From positions 384,001-448,000 of the forward strand of contig OZ242376.1 in NCBI GenBank assembly GCA_965209085.1: a stretch of DNA of 64,000 nt, given 5' to 3'. Both the position numbers and the translations under genes were made by a program. Shown here in pieces: positions 36,959 to 47,271 of this stretch. Source of the stretch: Nitrosopumilaceae archaeon. Lineage in GTDB: Archaea > Thermoproteota > Nitrososphaeria > Nitrososphaerales > Nitrosopumilaceae. Position 1 is the stretch's first letter, and each line of letters begins with the position of its first letter. The notes beneath the pieces were generated by a model, which was not told the origin of the DNA, searched no databases, and worked only from the letters and a program-made list of their open reading frames with translations.

Positions 36959-38257
36959 TTATAATTTTGTCCTATAATAGTCCCATTTTTCCGGATCAAA
37001 TTTTTCTATAAATTCAGTATCCTCCAAGTTTCTAATGCGCATGTCCACTACATCTCGATGGGCAAAGCTTGTCAGATATGCATAATTTTTTGAATGTGAT
37101 TGCATAGCAAACATGTGCCGCATTTCACTTCCGCCGTGCATGCCCCAGTATCCCATCTTGATTGCAAAAGATTCGAGAAAAACGGTGTTGCTTTTTCCAT
37201 AATTTTTATCATTTGTCATGGGTTCCACATCGTACATCTCAAGCGGTCCACCCTTTGCATATCCTATGATCTTGCCGTCGGATTTGCCATATCGTAACGT
37301 GGTAAGTATGGTGCTCTCATCCGTAAGCGTACTCTTGAAACGTTCTCTATCAAGCTGTAGCGGTCCTGGAAGCTCGTTGTACAGATTTTCTAATTTGTTT
37401 ACAAAATTTACCTCTGAACGTAAATGGGGTTTTTCTATTACGGGAATTAGTTTAAGATCGCCGTCCAAGTATTTTGCCATGGTATGGATCTCTTTTTGAC
37501 GCAATTTCATAAAGGATGTAATGTTGTCCAACAGATTATCCCGCATGACTTTTGGCATCTGACGTACAATCCTGTTGAACATTGCCGATTCGTTACCAAT
37601 CATTCTTTCAAAATATTCCACGGTTCTTCGAACCGTATTTGCTGGATGCCATCCCAATGCATGGGAATTTTTCTTTGCCAGTTCCATGCCTTTTGTAAAA
37701 CCTCCAAGTGAATATCCTGATACCCTGTCGATCATTGACAAAAACCATCCTTTCTCAAATAACTCATTGCGATTATATCCTTCTGGCATGCACGCTTCTA
37801 TGGCACGAGTGGCATCCGCTGCAATATTCCCTTCCCACGGGTATGAAGTTCTAAGTATCAGTGCCTTTATTATTCCTGAAGAAAGACCTGTACTGGAAAT
37901 ATATTTTTGTAGCGTATCATCATTTGATATAAATTTGACAACTTCCTGTTCCTGTGGTTTGTCATTGTCTTTCTGAGGTTCAAAATCGTGCAGCAACGCA
38001 GCAACATAAAGATATCTCATGTCTTCTGTAGTAATTTTTGGATCCGTAGACGATACAAGCATCGATACATAGGTTACTTCCAGCTCGTGCATAATGTTGT
38101 GATATCCGTAATATTCGGTACCAAGACCTTTTTCTTCAAATAACTTTACAACATAATTTAACATATCAAGATAAGGATGATCGGGCATGCCGTTCTTTTT
38201 GATCATATCCTCTATATTGCAGCGCAATTTTTTGGGATTTGAAGGCAGATCCAACAT
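36959..38257 (-). CDS. HD-domain protein with a C-terminal GNAT-like region
   Basis: YHNIMH...LLHD. C-terminal IIGYAKG...VFLESFAI...YWGMHGG resembles a GNAT acetyl-CoA-binding motif. Confidence 0.75.
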   Translation of the reverse strand: MLDLPSNPKKLRCNIEDMIKKNGMPDHPYLDMLNYVVKLFEEKGLGTEYYGYHNIMHELEVTYVSMLVSSTDPKITTEDMRYLYVAALLHDFEPQKDNDKPQEQEVVKFISNDDTLQKYISSTGLSSGIIKALILRTSYPWEGNIAADATRAIEACMPEGYNRNELFEKGWFLSMIDRVSGYSLGGFTKGMELAKKNSHALGWHPANTVRRTVEYFERMIGNESAMFNRIVRQMPKVMRDNLLDNITSFMKLRQKEIHTMAKYLDGDLKLIPVIEKPHLRSEVNFVNKLENLYNELPGPLQLDRERFKSTLTDESTILTTLRYGKSDGKIIGYAKGGPLEMYDVEPMTNDKNYGKSNTVFLESFAIKMGYWGMHGGSEMRHMFAMQSHSKNYAYLTSFAHRDVVDMRIRNLEDTEFIEKFDPEKWDYYRTKL

Positions 38258-38294
38258 TAAGACAACTCAAAACCGCTTTAAAACTGATACGGCA

Positions 38295-38924
38295 TTACCA
38301 GTCAGGCTCACTTGTCATGACCGGCATGTCTTTTATTATTTCAAAACCCATGATTTTGAGTGTTTCTACAGCATGTGGATTTCTTTCAAATATCTTTTTT
38401 GCCAGATCCTCTCTCTTGTCCGTATTCACATTTTGGCCAATCTTGTACTTGCCCCGTATCTGATTTGGAATTATTTTTATGACTGAAACATGTGATAAAA
38501 CATCATCCGTATCTGTGATTTTTTCATATCCTCCTTCCGGCTGATATTTTTCCATGAGTCCGTTTAATGCCATTGCCGATTCTGTTTTATCTGTCACAAA
38601 TGATGCATTACCCTTTATGACCACGCTTATGTATAGAGTATCTGCAAATGAAGCGTCTTTTGGATTCTCAAAATACGAAGGCAAAAATTCCAATTCACGA
38701 TCTGTTTCAAAACCCACTTTGGAATTTTGTGTAATGTTGCTTATTTTTTCACCGCGTATGTGGGAATGCATATAGATAAACCCGTCAATATGGACAAAAT
38801 TCATGGGTATGATCTGTGGAAATCCGTCTTTGCCAATCGACGCAATTCTACCTGTGTGCTCTTCATGAAGAAACTTTGCAATTTTTTGCGGTGATTTTAT
38901 CTCCAATTTGCCCCCAAGCTGCAT
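38295..38924 (-). CDS. Pyridoxamine 5'-phosphate oxidase-like FMN-binding protein
   Basis: GRIASI...PQIIPMNF...YMHS...GEK motif. Confidence 0.88.
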   Translation of the reverse strand: MQLGGKLEIKSPQKIAKFLHEEHTGRIASIGKDGFPQIIPMNFVHIDGFIYMHSHIRGEKISNITQNSKVGFETDRELEFLPSYFENPKDASFADTLYISVVIKGNASFVTDKTESAMALNGLMEKYQPEGGYEKITDTDDVLSHVSVIKIIPNQIRGKYKIGQNVNTDKREDLAKKIFERNPHAVETLKIMGFEIIKDMPVMTSEPDW

Positions 38925-39010
38925 GTTGTATCTTTCCAAACTACGTATAAAATCTATTTGATATTATTCTTACAGTTAGACACATATCTGACACATATTG
39001 AAAATATTCC

Positions 39011-39328
39011 ATGGGATTGAATGATGCGATTGCCAAACTGAAAAAAAATATTGCAGCATCTGCACGCATAGGAGACTGTGATTTTGATCTTGATTCTGTA
39101 CGCATATGGCGCGGCCGGGACGATCAATGGCGTCTAAGCGGATCGGTACAGTCAAAATCAATTCTTGATTTGGCGGGAAAATCGATGCTTGGTCCTAACC
39201 GTGATTCTGCCGATGTAACAATAACGGCAACTGCAGGAGAAATCCAAGAAACACTGCATGCAAATCTTACTTCCAGCATGGAAACTGATTCTGTGGTGGA
39301 GATTACATTTACTCTGCTTGAATATTAA
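39011..39328 (+). CDS. Hypothetical protein
   Basis: 105-aa ORF filling the gap, with a 4-bp stop overlap to the next gene. Confidence 0.6.
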   Translation: MGLNDAIAKLKKNIAASARIGDCDFDLDSVRIWRGRDDQWRLSGSVQSKSILDLAGKSMLGPNRDSADVTITATAGEIQETLHANLTSSMETDSVVEITFTLLEY

Positions 39329-39846
39329 CTGCCATCTAGATATTCGTCGTATTCTTTGCGTAACAATTTGTTGGACAACACCTCGTAAGCCCGGTTTATC
39401 ATCACCATGCGTGCAGAATCCTTGTCAATATTTTTGTCCGGGTGGGATTTTTTTGCAAGTTCACGGTATTTTGATTTTATCTCGTCCATGGTGGAATTTT
39501 TTTTCACACCCAGTATGTTGTAATATTCTTCATCCTTGGATATTTTGTACCTGTGTTTCTTTTGCCTGTTTTCCCTCCACCCCCAGTCGTCGTTCCATTC
39601 GGAATGGTATTTTTCATAATCGCGGTTTTTCTGTGAATCCAGTTTGCTGGCATCGTATCGATTCTTACGATGCAGTATGGCATCACGTGAAATGTAGATG
39701 ACCAAAGCCACCATAGCTGCCACAAATGATCCAAAAATGATGATCAAGTCCCGAGTTTGTAGCACGGGAATTTGATCTTCTGCATACGCATCTGATATTG
39801 AAAATAAAAATATGCATACACTAGCAACTAGCACCAAACGATTCAT
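39325..39846 (-). CDS. Membrane-anchored J-domain protein
   Basis: Signal and TM segments, then YYNILGV...HPD...INRAYEVL. Confidence 0.9.
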   Translation of the reverse strand: MNRLVLVASVCIFLFSISDAYAEDQIPVLQTRDLIIIFGSFVAAMVALVIYISRDAILHRKNRYDASKLDSQKNRDYEKYHSEWNDDWGWRENRQKKHRYKISKDEEYYNILGVKKNSTMDEIKSKYRELAKKSHPDKNIDKDSARMVMINRAYEVLSNKLLRKEYDEYLDGS

Positions 39847-39943
39847 CTTACATTCGTACATTATGTGGGGATTGTACAAACCAAGTTTTAAACCATGTAT
39901 ATGCGGGGGTTATCTTTAAAACATATCCAAGTCGTATAATGGC

Positions 39944-40168
39944 ATGAATTCAGACGATCTATATTCAAAGGGCATGCATCTATTGGAAGAGAGACAATTC
40001 CAGAACGCATTATCCCATTTTGAACAGGCGTTGATTGAAAACCCAAATAATCCTGATATGTTAAACGGCAAAGGTGCAGCTTTGCGGAGTTTGGGCAGAT
40101 ACAATGAGGCGTTGGAATGTTTTAACAAGTCTCTGCAGATTGATCCGAGGGATAAACAAGCGTCATAA
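39944..40168 (+). CDS. TPR protein (74 aa)
   Basis: Two TPR motifs. Confidence 0.85.
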   Translation: MNSDDLYSKGMHLLEERQFQNALSHFEQALIENPNNPDMLNGKGAALRSLGRYNEALECFNKSLQIDPRDKQAS

Positions 40169-40214
40169 CTGCAAACCAATCGATACGCTAATTTGTACCG
40201 TATTCGTATGACAT

Positions 40215-40730
40215 ATGTTGAGAGACGATGTGCGAATTGAAAAACTGACCGCAAAGGCGGCAGAACTTGCCGAAGAAGAACATTATGATGAATCACTATT
40301 AGTATATGATGAGGCATTAAAAATATCCAAAGGAAATGTGAAGATTATGGCTGACAAAGCTCTGACACTTGTATCTGCAGAAAGGGAAAAAGAATCTATA
40401 TCATTGTACAAACTTGTACTAGAATCTGCTCCAAAAAATCCCGACATTCTTGTAAACGCCGGATCTGCATTTCACTCATTTGGAAAATACAACAAGGCAG
40501 TTGAAATGTACAAACGTGCTCTTGACATTAGTCCTAGACATGCTGCGGCACTTGCAAACTCTGGATGTGCACATGCGGAAATGGGGCACAATGACGAAGC
40601 GATGAATTTTCTTGATGCGGCCGTCAAGGCAGACGGTGATTTTGCAGAAATGCGTGATAACGTGTGTACAAAATTGCAAGAATTGAAAAAAACACTAAAA
40701 CCTAGCACAAATATTGCTAAAAAACTGTAA
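40215..40730 (+). CDS. TPR protein
   Basis: About four TPR motifs. Confidence 0.85.
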   Translation: MLRDDVRIEKLTAKAAELAEEEHYDESLLVYDEALKISKGNVKIMADKALTLVSAEREKESISLYKLVLESAPKNPDILVNAGSAFHSFGKYNKAVEMYKRALDISPRHAAALANSGCAHAEMGHNDEAMNFLDAAVKADGDFAEMRDNVCTKLQELKKTLKPSTNIAKKL

Positions 40731-40875
40731 CATCGCCCGGTGCCGAACCGTGTTCCTGTACTGAATCCTGGACTGAACCGTGATCGTTTTTCTGATGTTC
40801 ACGAAGTTTTTCAATATTTGTAAAATCTTTTGCACACATGTAACATTTGGGCCTATCTTCGTTTGTCAGCGGCAT
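40717..40875 (-). CDS. C2H2 Zn-finger microprotein (52 aa)
   Basis: Hand translation MPLTNEDRPKCYMCAKDFTNIEKLREHQKNDHGSVQDSVQEHGSAPGDVTVF*. Confidence 0.75.
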   Translation of the reverse strand: MPLTNEDRPKCYMCAKDFTNIEKLREHQKNDHGSVQDSVQEHGSAPGDVTVF

Positions 40876-40964
40876 AACCATACGATATTGCATTAACCGT
40901 GATAAATAATCCTTGTCAAAAAGGTGTTGTTAGTTATATATTTGCATACAGAAAATGATAATTC

Positions 40965-42059
40965 ATGCTAAAACAGCTGATTGGTACGTCGCCTACATTG
41001 GAAAAAGTGTTTGCCGGGGAAAAACTTTCACTCAAGGACGGTCTGAGCTTGTTTGAAGAAAATGAGCACATTCTTGGCGCCACAGCCGATATTATCCGCA
41101 AACGTAGCGTAGGAGACAAGGTTACATTTGTAGCCTCATATTACATGAATTACACCAACGTATGTGCGGCAAGCTGCCAAATGTGCGCATTTTATCGTAA
41201 AGGTTCCGAAGATGATGCATACACGCTCACACCAGAACAGATGGAGATACGCGTGGATCAGGCCGAACGTATGGGTGCCACCGAAGTGCACATTGTGGGA
41301 GGTTTTCATCCAAAACTAGAACTTGATTATTATGAAAGCATGATGCGCGTAATTAAAAAATCTCATCCATCTATGAACATAAAGGCGTTTACAGCGGCGG
41401 AAATATTTTATCTCTCAAAACTTACAAAAAACTCCGTCAAGGAAATACTCTCAAGACTAAAAGATGCAGGACTAGACTCATTGCCAGGAGGTGGTGCGGA
41501 AATATTTGATGATGACGTACGAAAAAACATAATTCGTGGCAAGTGCACCGGACAGGAATGGCTTGACACGGTGGAAATTGCACACAATTTGGGAATACGG
41601 TCAAACGCCACAATGCTTTACGGACACGTGGAAAAACCCAAACACGTGGTGGATCATTTGTTGCAAATACGCAAACTGCAGGAAAAAACAAAAGGATTTA
41701 TCACATTCATACCTCTAAAATTCAGTCTGGATAATACGGAACTTGAAAAAAAGGGCAACGTGGTTGAAGAATGCTCGTCAATATACGATCTTAAAGTCAT
41801 GGCATTGTCACGCATCTTTCTTGCCGGAGCTTTGGACAACATTTCAGTATACTGGGTGGCATATGGAAAAAAACTTGCACAGGTGGCGTTGTGTAATGGC
41901 GGAAATGATCTTGTAGGGACTGCGTTTTCCGAGGAGATATACAAGGCCGCCGGAAAACCCACCTCTTCATCAATCGAAGATTTGGCACGCATTGCATCTG
42001 AAATAGGACGCATTCCCGAACAGCGCAATACGTTCTTTGAAACAATCCGAAAATTCTAA
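40965..42059 (+). CDS. mqnE: CofH-family radical SAM enzyme, likely aminofutalosine synthase
   Basis: NYTNVCAASCQMCAF, EVHIVGG, IKAFTAAEI and PGGGAEIF motifs; close to mqnD. Confidence 0.8.
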   Translation: MLKQLIGTSPTLEKVFAGEKLSLKDGLSLFEENEHILGATADIIRKRSVGDKVTFVASYYMNYTNVCAASCQMCAFYRKGSEDDAYTLTPEQMEIRVDQAERMGATEVHIVGGFHPKLELDYYESMMRVIKKSHPSMNIKAFTAAEIFYLSKLTKNSVKEILSRLKDAGLDSLPGGGAEIFDDDVRKNIIRGKCTGQEWLDTVEIAHNLGIRSNATMLYGHVEKPKHVVDHLLQIRKLQEKTKGFITFIPLKFSLDNTELEKKGNVVEECSSIYDLKVMALSRIFLAGALDNISVYWVAYGKKLAQVALCNGGNDLVGTAFSEEIYKAAGKPTSSSIEDLARIASEIGRIPEQRNTFFETIRKF

Positions 42060-42069
42060 TCTGCAGATA

Positions 42070-42354
42070 TTATAATTTTTTCATATTGCCGTCATCATTT
42101 TTCTTGCCGCCCCGTTTTGGCATTTTGGTTCCAAAACTAAGCAGTACGAGCAGCAAACCGATTCCGAGCAAAATTGCAACCAATTTTCCAACATCTCCGT
42201 ATATCGTTTGCTCAAAGAGCAAATCTTCTATCTCTTCATCGGTCATACCGTGTATGCCAACGGGTGTGACAGAATCCAAATGCATGGATAATGCTATGCC
42301 TATGGCAATCATAATTGTACCACCTATGGCAAACTTTGCATCAATCCGCACCAT
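42070..42354 (-). CDS. Small two-TM membrane protein
   Basis: Two hydrophobic segments and a basic tail. Confidence 0.7.
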   Translation of the reverse strand: MVRIDAKFAIGGTIMIAIGIALSMHLDSVTPVGIHGMTDEEIEDLLFEQTIYGDVGKLVAILLGIGLLLVLLSFGTKMPKRGGKKNDDGNMKKL

Positions 42355-42383
42355 AATATGCTGTTTGTATAGCTGAATTTATC

Positions 42384-43205
42384 TTATACATCCGCAATCT
42401 TTGGAGTGTATTCTGGAACTATACCTTTTGCCATATCAAAGAATTTTTTTATGGATTCTTCGCCTTTTGCACCCATGTTTACCGTTACGGGATTGACGTA
42501 CATTTTTACAAATTTGGATATAAGATCCCTTGGTTTGCCACGGGAGTATTGCATGGCGTATTCTAAGGCGTCTTCCTCGTGATCCAGGGCGTATTGTATG
42601 GATTCCTGCAAGTATGAATCAAAACTGCGTATGGTGTCAGCACCAATGCTCTCGCGGATGACGTTTATTCCAAGTGGTACTGGAAGACCCCCGGTCGTCT
42701 TGTCCCACCATGAACCCACATCTGCAATTTTTTTAATTCCTTCGCTGCCGTAAGAGAGCTGTGTCTCATGTATGACAAGCCCTGCATCGACGCTGCCTGC
42801 CGAAACGGCAGCTGGTATGTCATTAAAATTCATCTCACTGTACTCAAATTCACCTATCATGAGGCGCAAAAGCAGATATGCCGAGGTCATCTTTCCCGGT
42901 ATTGCAATTTTAAGATCCTTGAGCGAGTTTGGATCGATGTCCTTGGTTGCCGTTATAATTGGCCCGTATCCTATGCCAAAACTACCTCCACTGCGGAGCA
43001 TTACATAATCTGGCATGTATGCACATGCATGGATGGATACGGCTGTCACATCAAGCTCGTTGTTTAGGGCACGTTTGTTCAATTCTTCAATATCGTCTAT
43101 TACATGTTCTATCTGAAAACCTGGTGACGGGATTTTACCTTCGAGCATTCCATAAAACATAAAGGCATCATCAGAATCCGGCGTGTGACCTACCGTTACC
43201 TTCAT
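42384..43205 (-). CDS. mqnD: 1,4-dihydroxy-6-naphthoate synthase
   Basis: GHTPDSDDAFMFY, DIEELN, GYGP, LVIHE and LPVPLG motifs. Confidence 0.88.
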   Translation of the reverse strand: MKVTVGHTPDSDDAFMFYGMLEGKIPSPGFQIEHVIDDIEELNKRALNNELDVTAVSIHACAYMPDYVMLRSGGSFGIGYGPIITATKDIDPNSLKDLKIAIPGKMTSAYLLLRLMIGEFEYSEMNFNDIPAAVSAGSVDAGLVIHETQLSYGSEGIKKIADVGSWWDKTTGGLPVPLGINVIRESIGADTIRSFDSYLQESIQYALDHEEDALEYAMQYSRGKPRDLISKFVKMYVNPVTVNMGAKGEESIKKFFDMAKGIVPEYTPKIADV

Positions 43206-43434
43206 GTACAGTTTTTATCGCGTGGGTATAAAAACTAGGGATATTATGGTGTAAAATTTTTCCAAACGCGTTTTATATTGATTGCATTGCAAACCATATG
43301 CCGGAAAGTATGATGTCGGCATCTTGCGATATCTTGTACACATTTTTATTTATTGTGTAAATTCTGGGCATGATGTAACATCATATCGCGGAAATCCGAC
43401 AAGGTTTAATACCCAACAAAGAGGGCTTGCTAAT

Positions 43435-45627
43435 GTGGCAAAATACAAGTCAACTGATCAGGTATTAAAGATCATCAAAAACCAGAATCAAATCCGCAAT
43501 TTTGGGGTAATTGCGCACGTTGATCACGGGAAAACAACCATGAGTGACAGCCTTTTGGCATATTCTGGAATTATAGCACCTTCTGCGGCAGGAACCGCCT
43601 TAGCTTTGGATGCCATGAAAGCCGAACAGGAACGGGGCATTACCATAGTGCAGGCAAACGTTACTCTGCATTTTACCAAAGATGATCAAGAATATGTCAT
43701 AAACATGATAGATACGCCCGGACACGTTGATTTTTCCGGAAGGGTAATTCGAAGCCTTCGTGCAATAGACGGAGCAGTTGTCGTGTGCGATGCGGTGGAA
43801 GGAATAATGACGCAAACTGAGACTGTGACCCGGATGGCGTTGGAAGAGAGGGTAAAGCCAGTTTTTTTCATAAATAAAATAGATCGACTCATAAAAGAAC
43901 TCCGCCTCACGCCTGAGAAAATGCAGGAGAAACTTGCCACGGTTGTGGCAAATTTTAACGAATTGATAGACGCCTACGGTGAGCCCGGATACAAGGATGA
44001 GTGGAAAGTTGCAATAAAAAACGGCAGCGTCACGTTTGGTTCTGCAAAAGACAGGTGGGCGATAAACATGGATATGATGAAGGAAAAAGGAATCTCATTC
44101 AAGGATGTAATTGACGCATACAAAAACGAAAAAGTGGCAGAGCTTGCGGAAAAAGCTCCGCTTGCAGAGGCCATATTGGGAATGGTTGTAAAACACCACC
44201 CTCCACCGCACGTGGCACAAAAATATAGAATCCCAAAAATTTGGAAAGGCGATCTTGAATCTGACATTGGCAAGTCTATACTAAACTGCGATGAAAACGG
44301 CCCGGCCGTAATGATGATAGTAAACATGGCACTGGATCCGGCTGCTGGTCCTGTGGCAATTGGGCGGCTCTTTTCGGGCACACTAAAAGACGGGGATACT
44401 ATAAACATCATTGACGCAAAACGTGAGGGACGAATCCAATCTGTCAACTTTTTCATGGGCAACCAGCGAGAACAGGTTGGAGAGCTTGGAGCAGGAAACA
44501 TACCCGCACTGCTTGGTCTGACTGAAGCTCGTGCGGGAAACACAATCTCATCGATAAAAGATATACAGATGTTTGAAGGCATAAAGTACGTCTCCGAACC
44601 GGTGGTCCAGATTGCCATAGAGCCAAAACACCCAAAAGATCTGCCAAAACTTGTGGATATTTTAAAGAAACTTACAATAGAAGACCCAAATCTTGTGGTA
44701 AAAATTGATCAGGAAAGCGGGGAGACGATTATAGCCGGCATGGGTGTGCTTCACCTTGACATTGCAACAAACCTCATACGCGACCAGAAAGTTGAAATTG
44801 TAACATCCGAGCCCCTCATAAATTACAGAGAAACAATTAGGGGATCGTGCGAACCAATAATGTCAAAATCACCAAACCGCCACAACAAGATATTCATGAA
44901 AGTGGAGCCACTGGAACCGGCAATCGCAGACATGATAAGAACAGGCGAAATTAGCGACATGAAGGACAAAAAAGAAGTTGTAACATTGTTAAAGAAACAC
45001 GGATGGGATACAGATACGTGCAAGCGCGTCATGCGGTTTGATTCGCGCGGAAACGTAATGATAAACGCCACAAAAGGTGTGCAGTTTGTCCAAGAATCCA
45101 CAGACTCGATTCTTTCTGGATTTGACGATGTAACAAAGGAGGGTCCACTGGCAAAAGAGCAGTTGCGCGGCTGTAAATTCCTCTTTACCCATTTTACTCC
45201 GCACGAGGATCCGGCACACCGCGGACTCTCGCAGCTTGGTCCTGCATCTAGAAGGGCATGCATGGGTGCTACACTCATGGCGCAGCCGGCACTCTTGGAA
45301 CCAATACTCGGTATAGAGGTTCGGGTTCCGCCGGACATGGTGGGCAACGTTGCACAGGTTCTCTCCGGCAAACGCGGCAAAGTATTAGACATGGCACAAA
45401 AAGGAATAATCAGCATTGTAACTGGCGAAATACCTGCATCTGAGACATTTTCACTCTCTGATGACATGCGTGGTCAGACAGCTGGCAAGGCAATGTGGAA
45501 CACATTCTTCAAATTGTGGGCAGAGATACCAAAATCAATCATGGCTACGGCCGTGCAGGATATTAGAAAACGCAAAGGACTTGCACCCGATCCGCCAAAA
45601 GCTGAAGATTTCATAGATCGAGAATAA
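43435..45627 (+). CDS. fusA: Elongation factor EF-2
   Basis: AHVDHGKTT, RGITI and DTPGH motifs; diphthamide loop HEDPAHRG; GTG start at 43435. Confidence 0.97.
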   Translation: MAKYKSTDQVLKIIKNQNQIRNFGVIAHVDHGKTTMSDSLLAYSGIIAPSAAGTALALDAMKAEQERGITIVQANVTLHFTKDDQEYVINMIDTPGHVDFSGRVIRSLRAIDGAVVVCDAVEGIMTQTETVTRMALEERVKPVFFINKIDRLIKELRLTPEKMQEKLATVVANFNELIDAYGEPGYKDEWKVAIKNGSVTFGSAKDRWAINMDMMKEKGISFKDVIDAYKNEKVAELAEKAPLAEAILGMVVKHHPPPHVAQKYRIPKIWKGDLESDIGKSILNCDENGPAVMMIVNMALDPAAGPVAIGRLFSGTLKDGDTINIIDAKREGRIQSVNFFMGNQREQVGELGAGNIPALLGLTEARAGNTISSIKDIQMFEGIKYVSEPVVQIAIEPKHPKDLPKLVDILKKLTIEDPNLVVKIDQESGETIIAGMGVLHLDIATNLIRDQKVEIVTSEPLINYRETIRGSCEPIMSKSPNRHNKIFMKVEPLEPAIADMIRTGEISDMKDKKEVVTLLKKHGWDTDTCKRVMRFDSRGNVMINATKGVQFVQESTDSILSGFDDVTKEGPLAKEQLRGCKFLFTHFTPHEDPAHRGLSQLGPASRRACMGATLMAQPALLEPILGIEVRVPPDMVGNVAQVLSGKRGKVLDMAQKGIISIVTGEIPASETFSLSDDMRGQTAGKAMWNTFFKLWAEIPKSIMATAVQDIRKRKGLAPDPPKAEDFIDRE

Positions 45628-45742
45628 CCCCACGCCCACCGTGGTCTGTTTTGCAAAAATCAAACATGTTTATGCGTAACATAATGCGAATTTTATATGT
45701 ATGATATGCATCAATTATATTTGATGACTGCCAATATCACAC

Positions 45743-46162
45743 ATGTCGAATAGTAAATCCCCGGTGCTAAAACTGGTGGAGGAAATAATAACAGTTGATC
45801 CCGGAGTCCGTTTTGCATCAATCATAGACAAGAACGGCAATGTTGTAGAAGGAATAATGAACAGCGGAAAAACCAATTTAAAATCACAACAAGAGGAGGA
45901 ATATTTCTGTAAAGAAGTTGCAAAGAGGCGCAAAATACACAAAGAATTTGATACCAGCCTCGGCAAGGTGCGTTACATACACGTGGAGCGGGAAAAACTT
46001 ACGCAGATTGTGCTGTATCCTGCGGATTATACGATATACTTTACGCTTGAACCAGAGATAGGGGTGGTTGAACGCGTCCAGATAATAAACAAAGTAAAAA
46101 AATTGATATCTGGAATCATGCCAAAAATGGTGCGTAGCAACAGCGCCGTATACGAAGAATAA
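45743..46162 (+). CDS. Roadblock-like (DUF6659-like) protein
   Basis: VRFASIIDKNG...LGKVRY...REKL pattern, shared with the ORFs at 62736 and 63378. Confidence 0.75.
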   Translation: MSNSKSPVLKLVEEIITVDPGVRFASIIDKNGNVVEGIMNSGKTNLKSQQEEEYFCKEVAKRRKIHKEFDTSLGKVRYIHVEREKLTQIVLYPADYTIYFTLEPEIGVVERVQIINKVKKLISGIMPKMVRSNSAVYEE

Positions 46163-46176
46163 CGGGTGCATATGGT

Positions 46177-46449
46177 ATGAAAATACTTGTGGATGAAATG
46201 CATGAAAAATGGGTGGAAATGCTAAAAAGCCAAAACTTTGATGCGTACAGCGCACGGGAACTAAAAGCGACGCACAATATCAGCTCAGACTATTCCATAT
46301 TAAAATACGCACAAGAACATAAAATGTTCTTTATCACAAGCGACAAGGAATCTGGTGCGGGCTGCACGGAACAGGGAATTCCACATCTTTTTTTGGATGA
46401 TGAGATGATATTTGATCTGGTACTCTCAAAGCTTCGGACATTAAACTAA
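46177..46449 (+). CDS. PIN-like (DUF5615/Mut7-C-type) protein
   Basis: MKILVDEM...SDYSILKYA...ITSD. Confidence 0.8.
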   Translation: MKILVDEMHEKWVEMLKSQNFDAYSARELKATHNISSDYSILKYAQEHKMFFITSDKESGAGCTEQGIPHLFLDDEMIFDLVLSKLRTLN

Positions 46450-47240
46450 TCCTGCATACCGCATACGTTTCTTTCAAGTCTGGATGCGATAATGAAAGGC
46501 ATTACGGCCAAAATAGGTATGCTTGCGGCTATGAACAGAGTCTGAAGCTGCACAAGTGCAGCAGTTAAAACAATGCCGCCTGCAATACCTGCAAAAACCG
46601 AAAGTATTGAACCAACGCACGAGGGACATGCGATAAAAAGACCCGCTGCCGCACTCGCACAGGTAATTCCTTTCTTTCTGCTGGAAACGCGCGTGGCACC
46701 TACCACAATTGCCGTGTTTAACGCCACCAAATATGATACAGTTGTCTGCAAAATAATGTTGATGGGTATTATCTGCAGTCCGGTATGCTCTCCGGCGTAC
46801 ACGAGAATCTTTGGCATGTATCCGGCAGCATCACAGCATGGAATTACCTGAATCGAGGGTATCTTTACCCCATAATGGTATGAAAAATCCACCTCTGGCT
46901 GGTATACCAGCGTACCGGAAGTTGCTGAGAAAAAAACCCCGTATGCGATAAAAGTAACAACGAATGCAATTTTTGCCCTGGAATTATTCGTAACAAATGC
47001 TATGGCATACATACGCCCTGATCTTGGACTGCTGGCCAATTTTTGCCGGTGGTACGAGTACAGCCCATACGCAATGCTTGCAAACGAGGCTGCAAACACG
47101 GCATAAAACCCGTATGCTAGGCGCTGTATGTCATCAAAAGCCTCCGGCGTTATCATCTCGGGATTCTGGTATCTTGAATATGTAAGAAATAACACGGCAA
47201 TTGATATGAATCCTGCAAACACGGCAGCCTTTCCAGCCAT
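46446..47240 (-). CDS. Hypothetical multi-pass membrane protein
   Basis: About 6 TM segments; PCC and CPSC motifs. Confidence 0.75.
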   Translation of the reverse strand: MAGKAAVFAGFISIAVLFLTYSRYQNPEMITPEAFDDIQRLAYGFYAVFAASFASIAYGLYSYHRQKLASSPRSGRMYAIAFVTNNSRAKIAFVVTFIAYGVFFSATSGTLVYQPEVDFSYHYGVKIPSIQVIPCCDAAGYMPKILVYAGEHTGLQIIPINIILQTTVSYLVALNTAIVVGATRVSSRKKGITCASAAAGLFIACPSCVGSILSVFAGIAGGIVLTAALVQLQTLFIAASIPILAVMPFIIASRLERNVCGMQD

Positions 47241-47271
47241 GCAGCATGCACGGGGCGGCGGGCATTAAACC

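Noticed and set aside
43288-43328. Imperfect hairpin ATGCCG...CGGCAT between mqnD and fusA as an ncRNA or riboswitch
   Set aside because: Short stem, no matching C/D box pair, and no recognisable aptamer.
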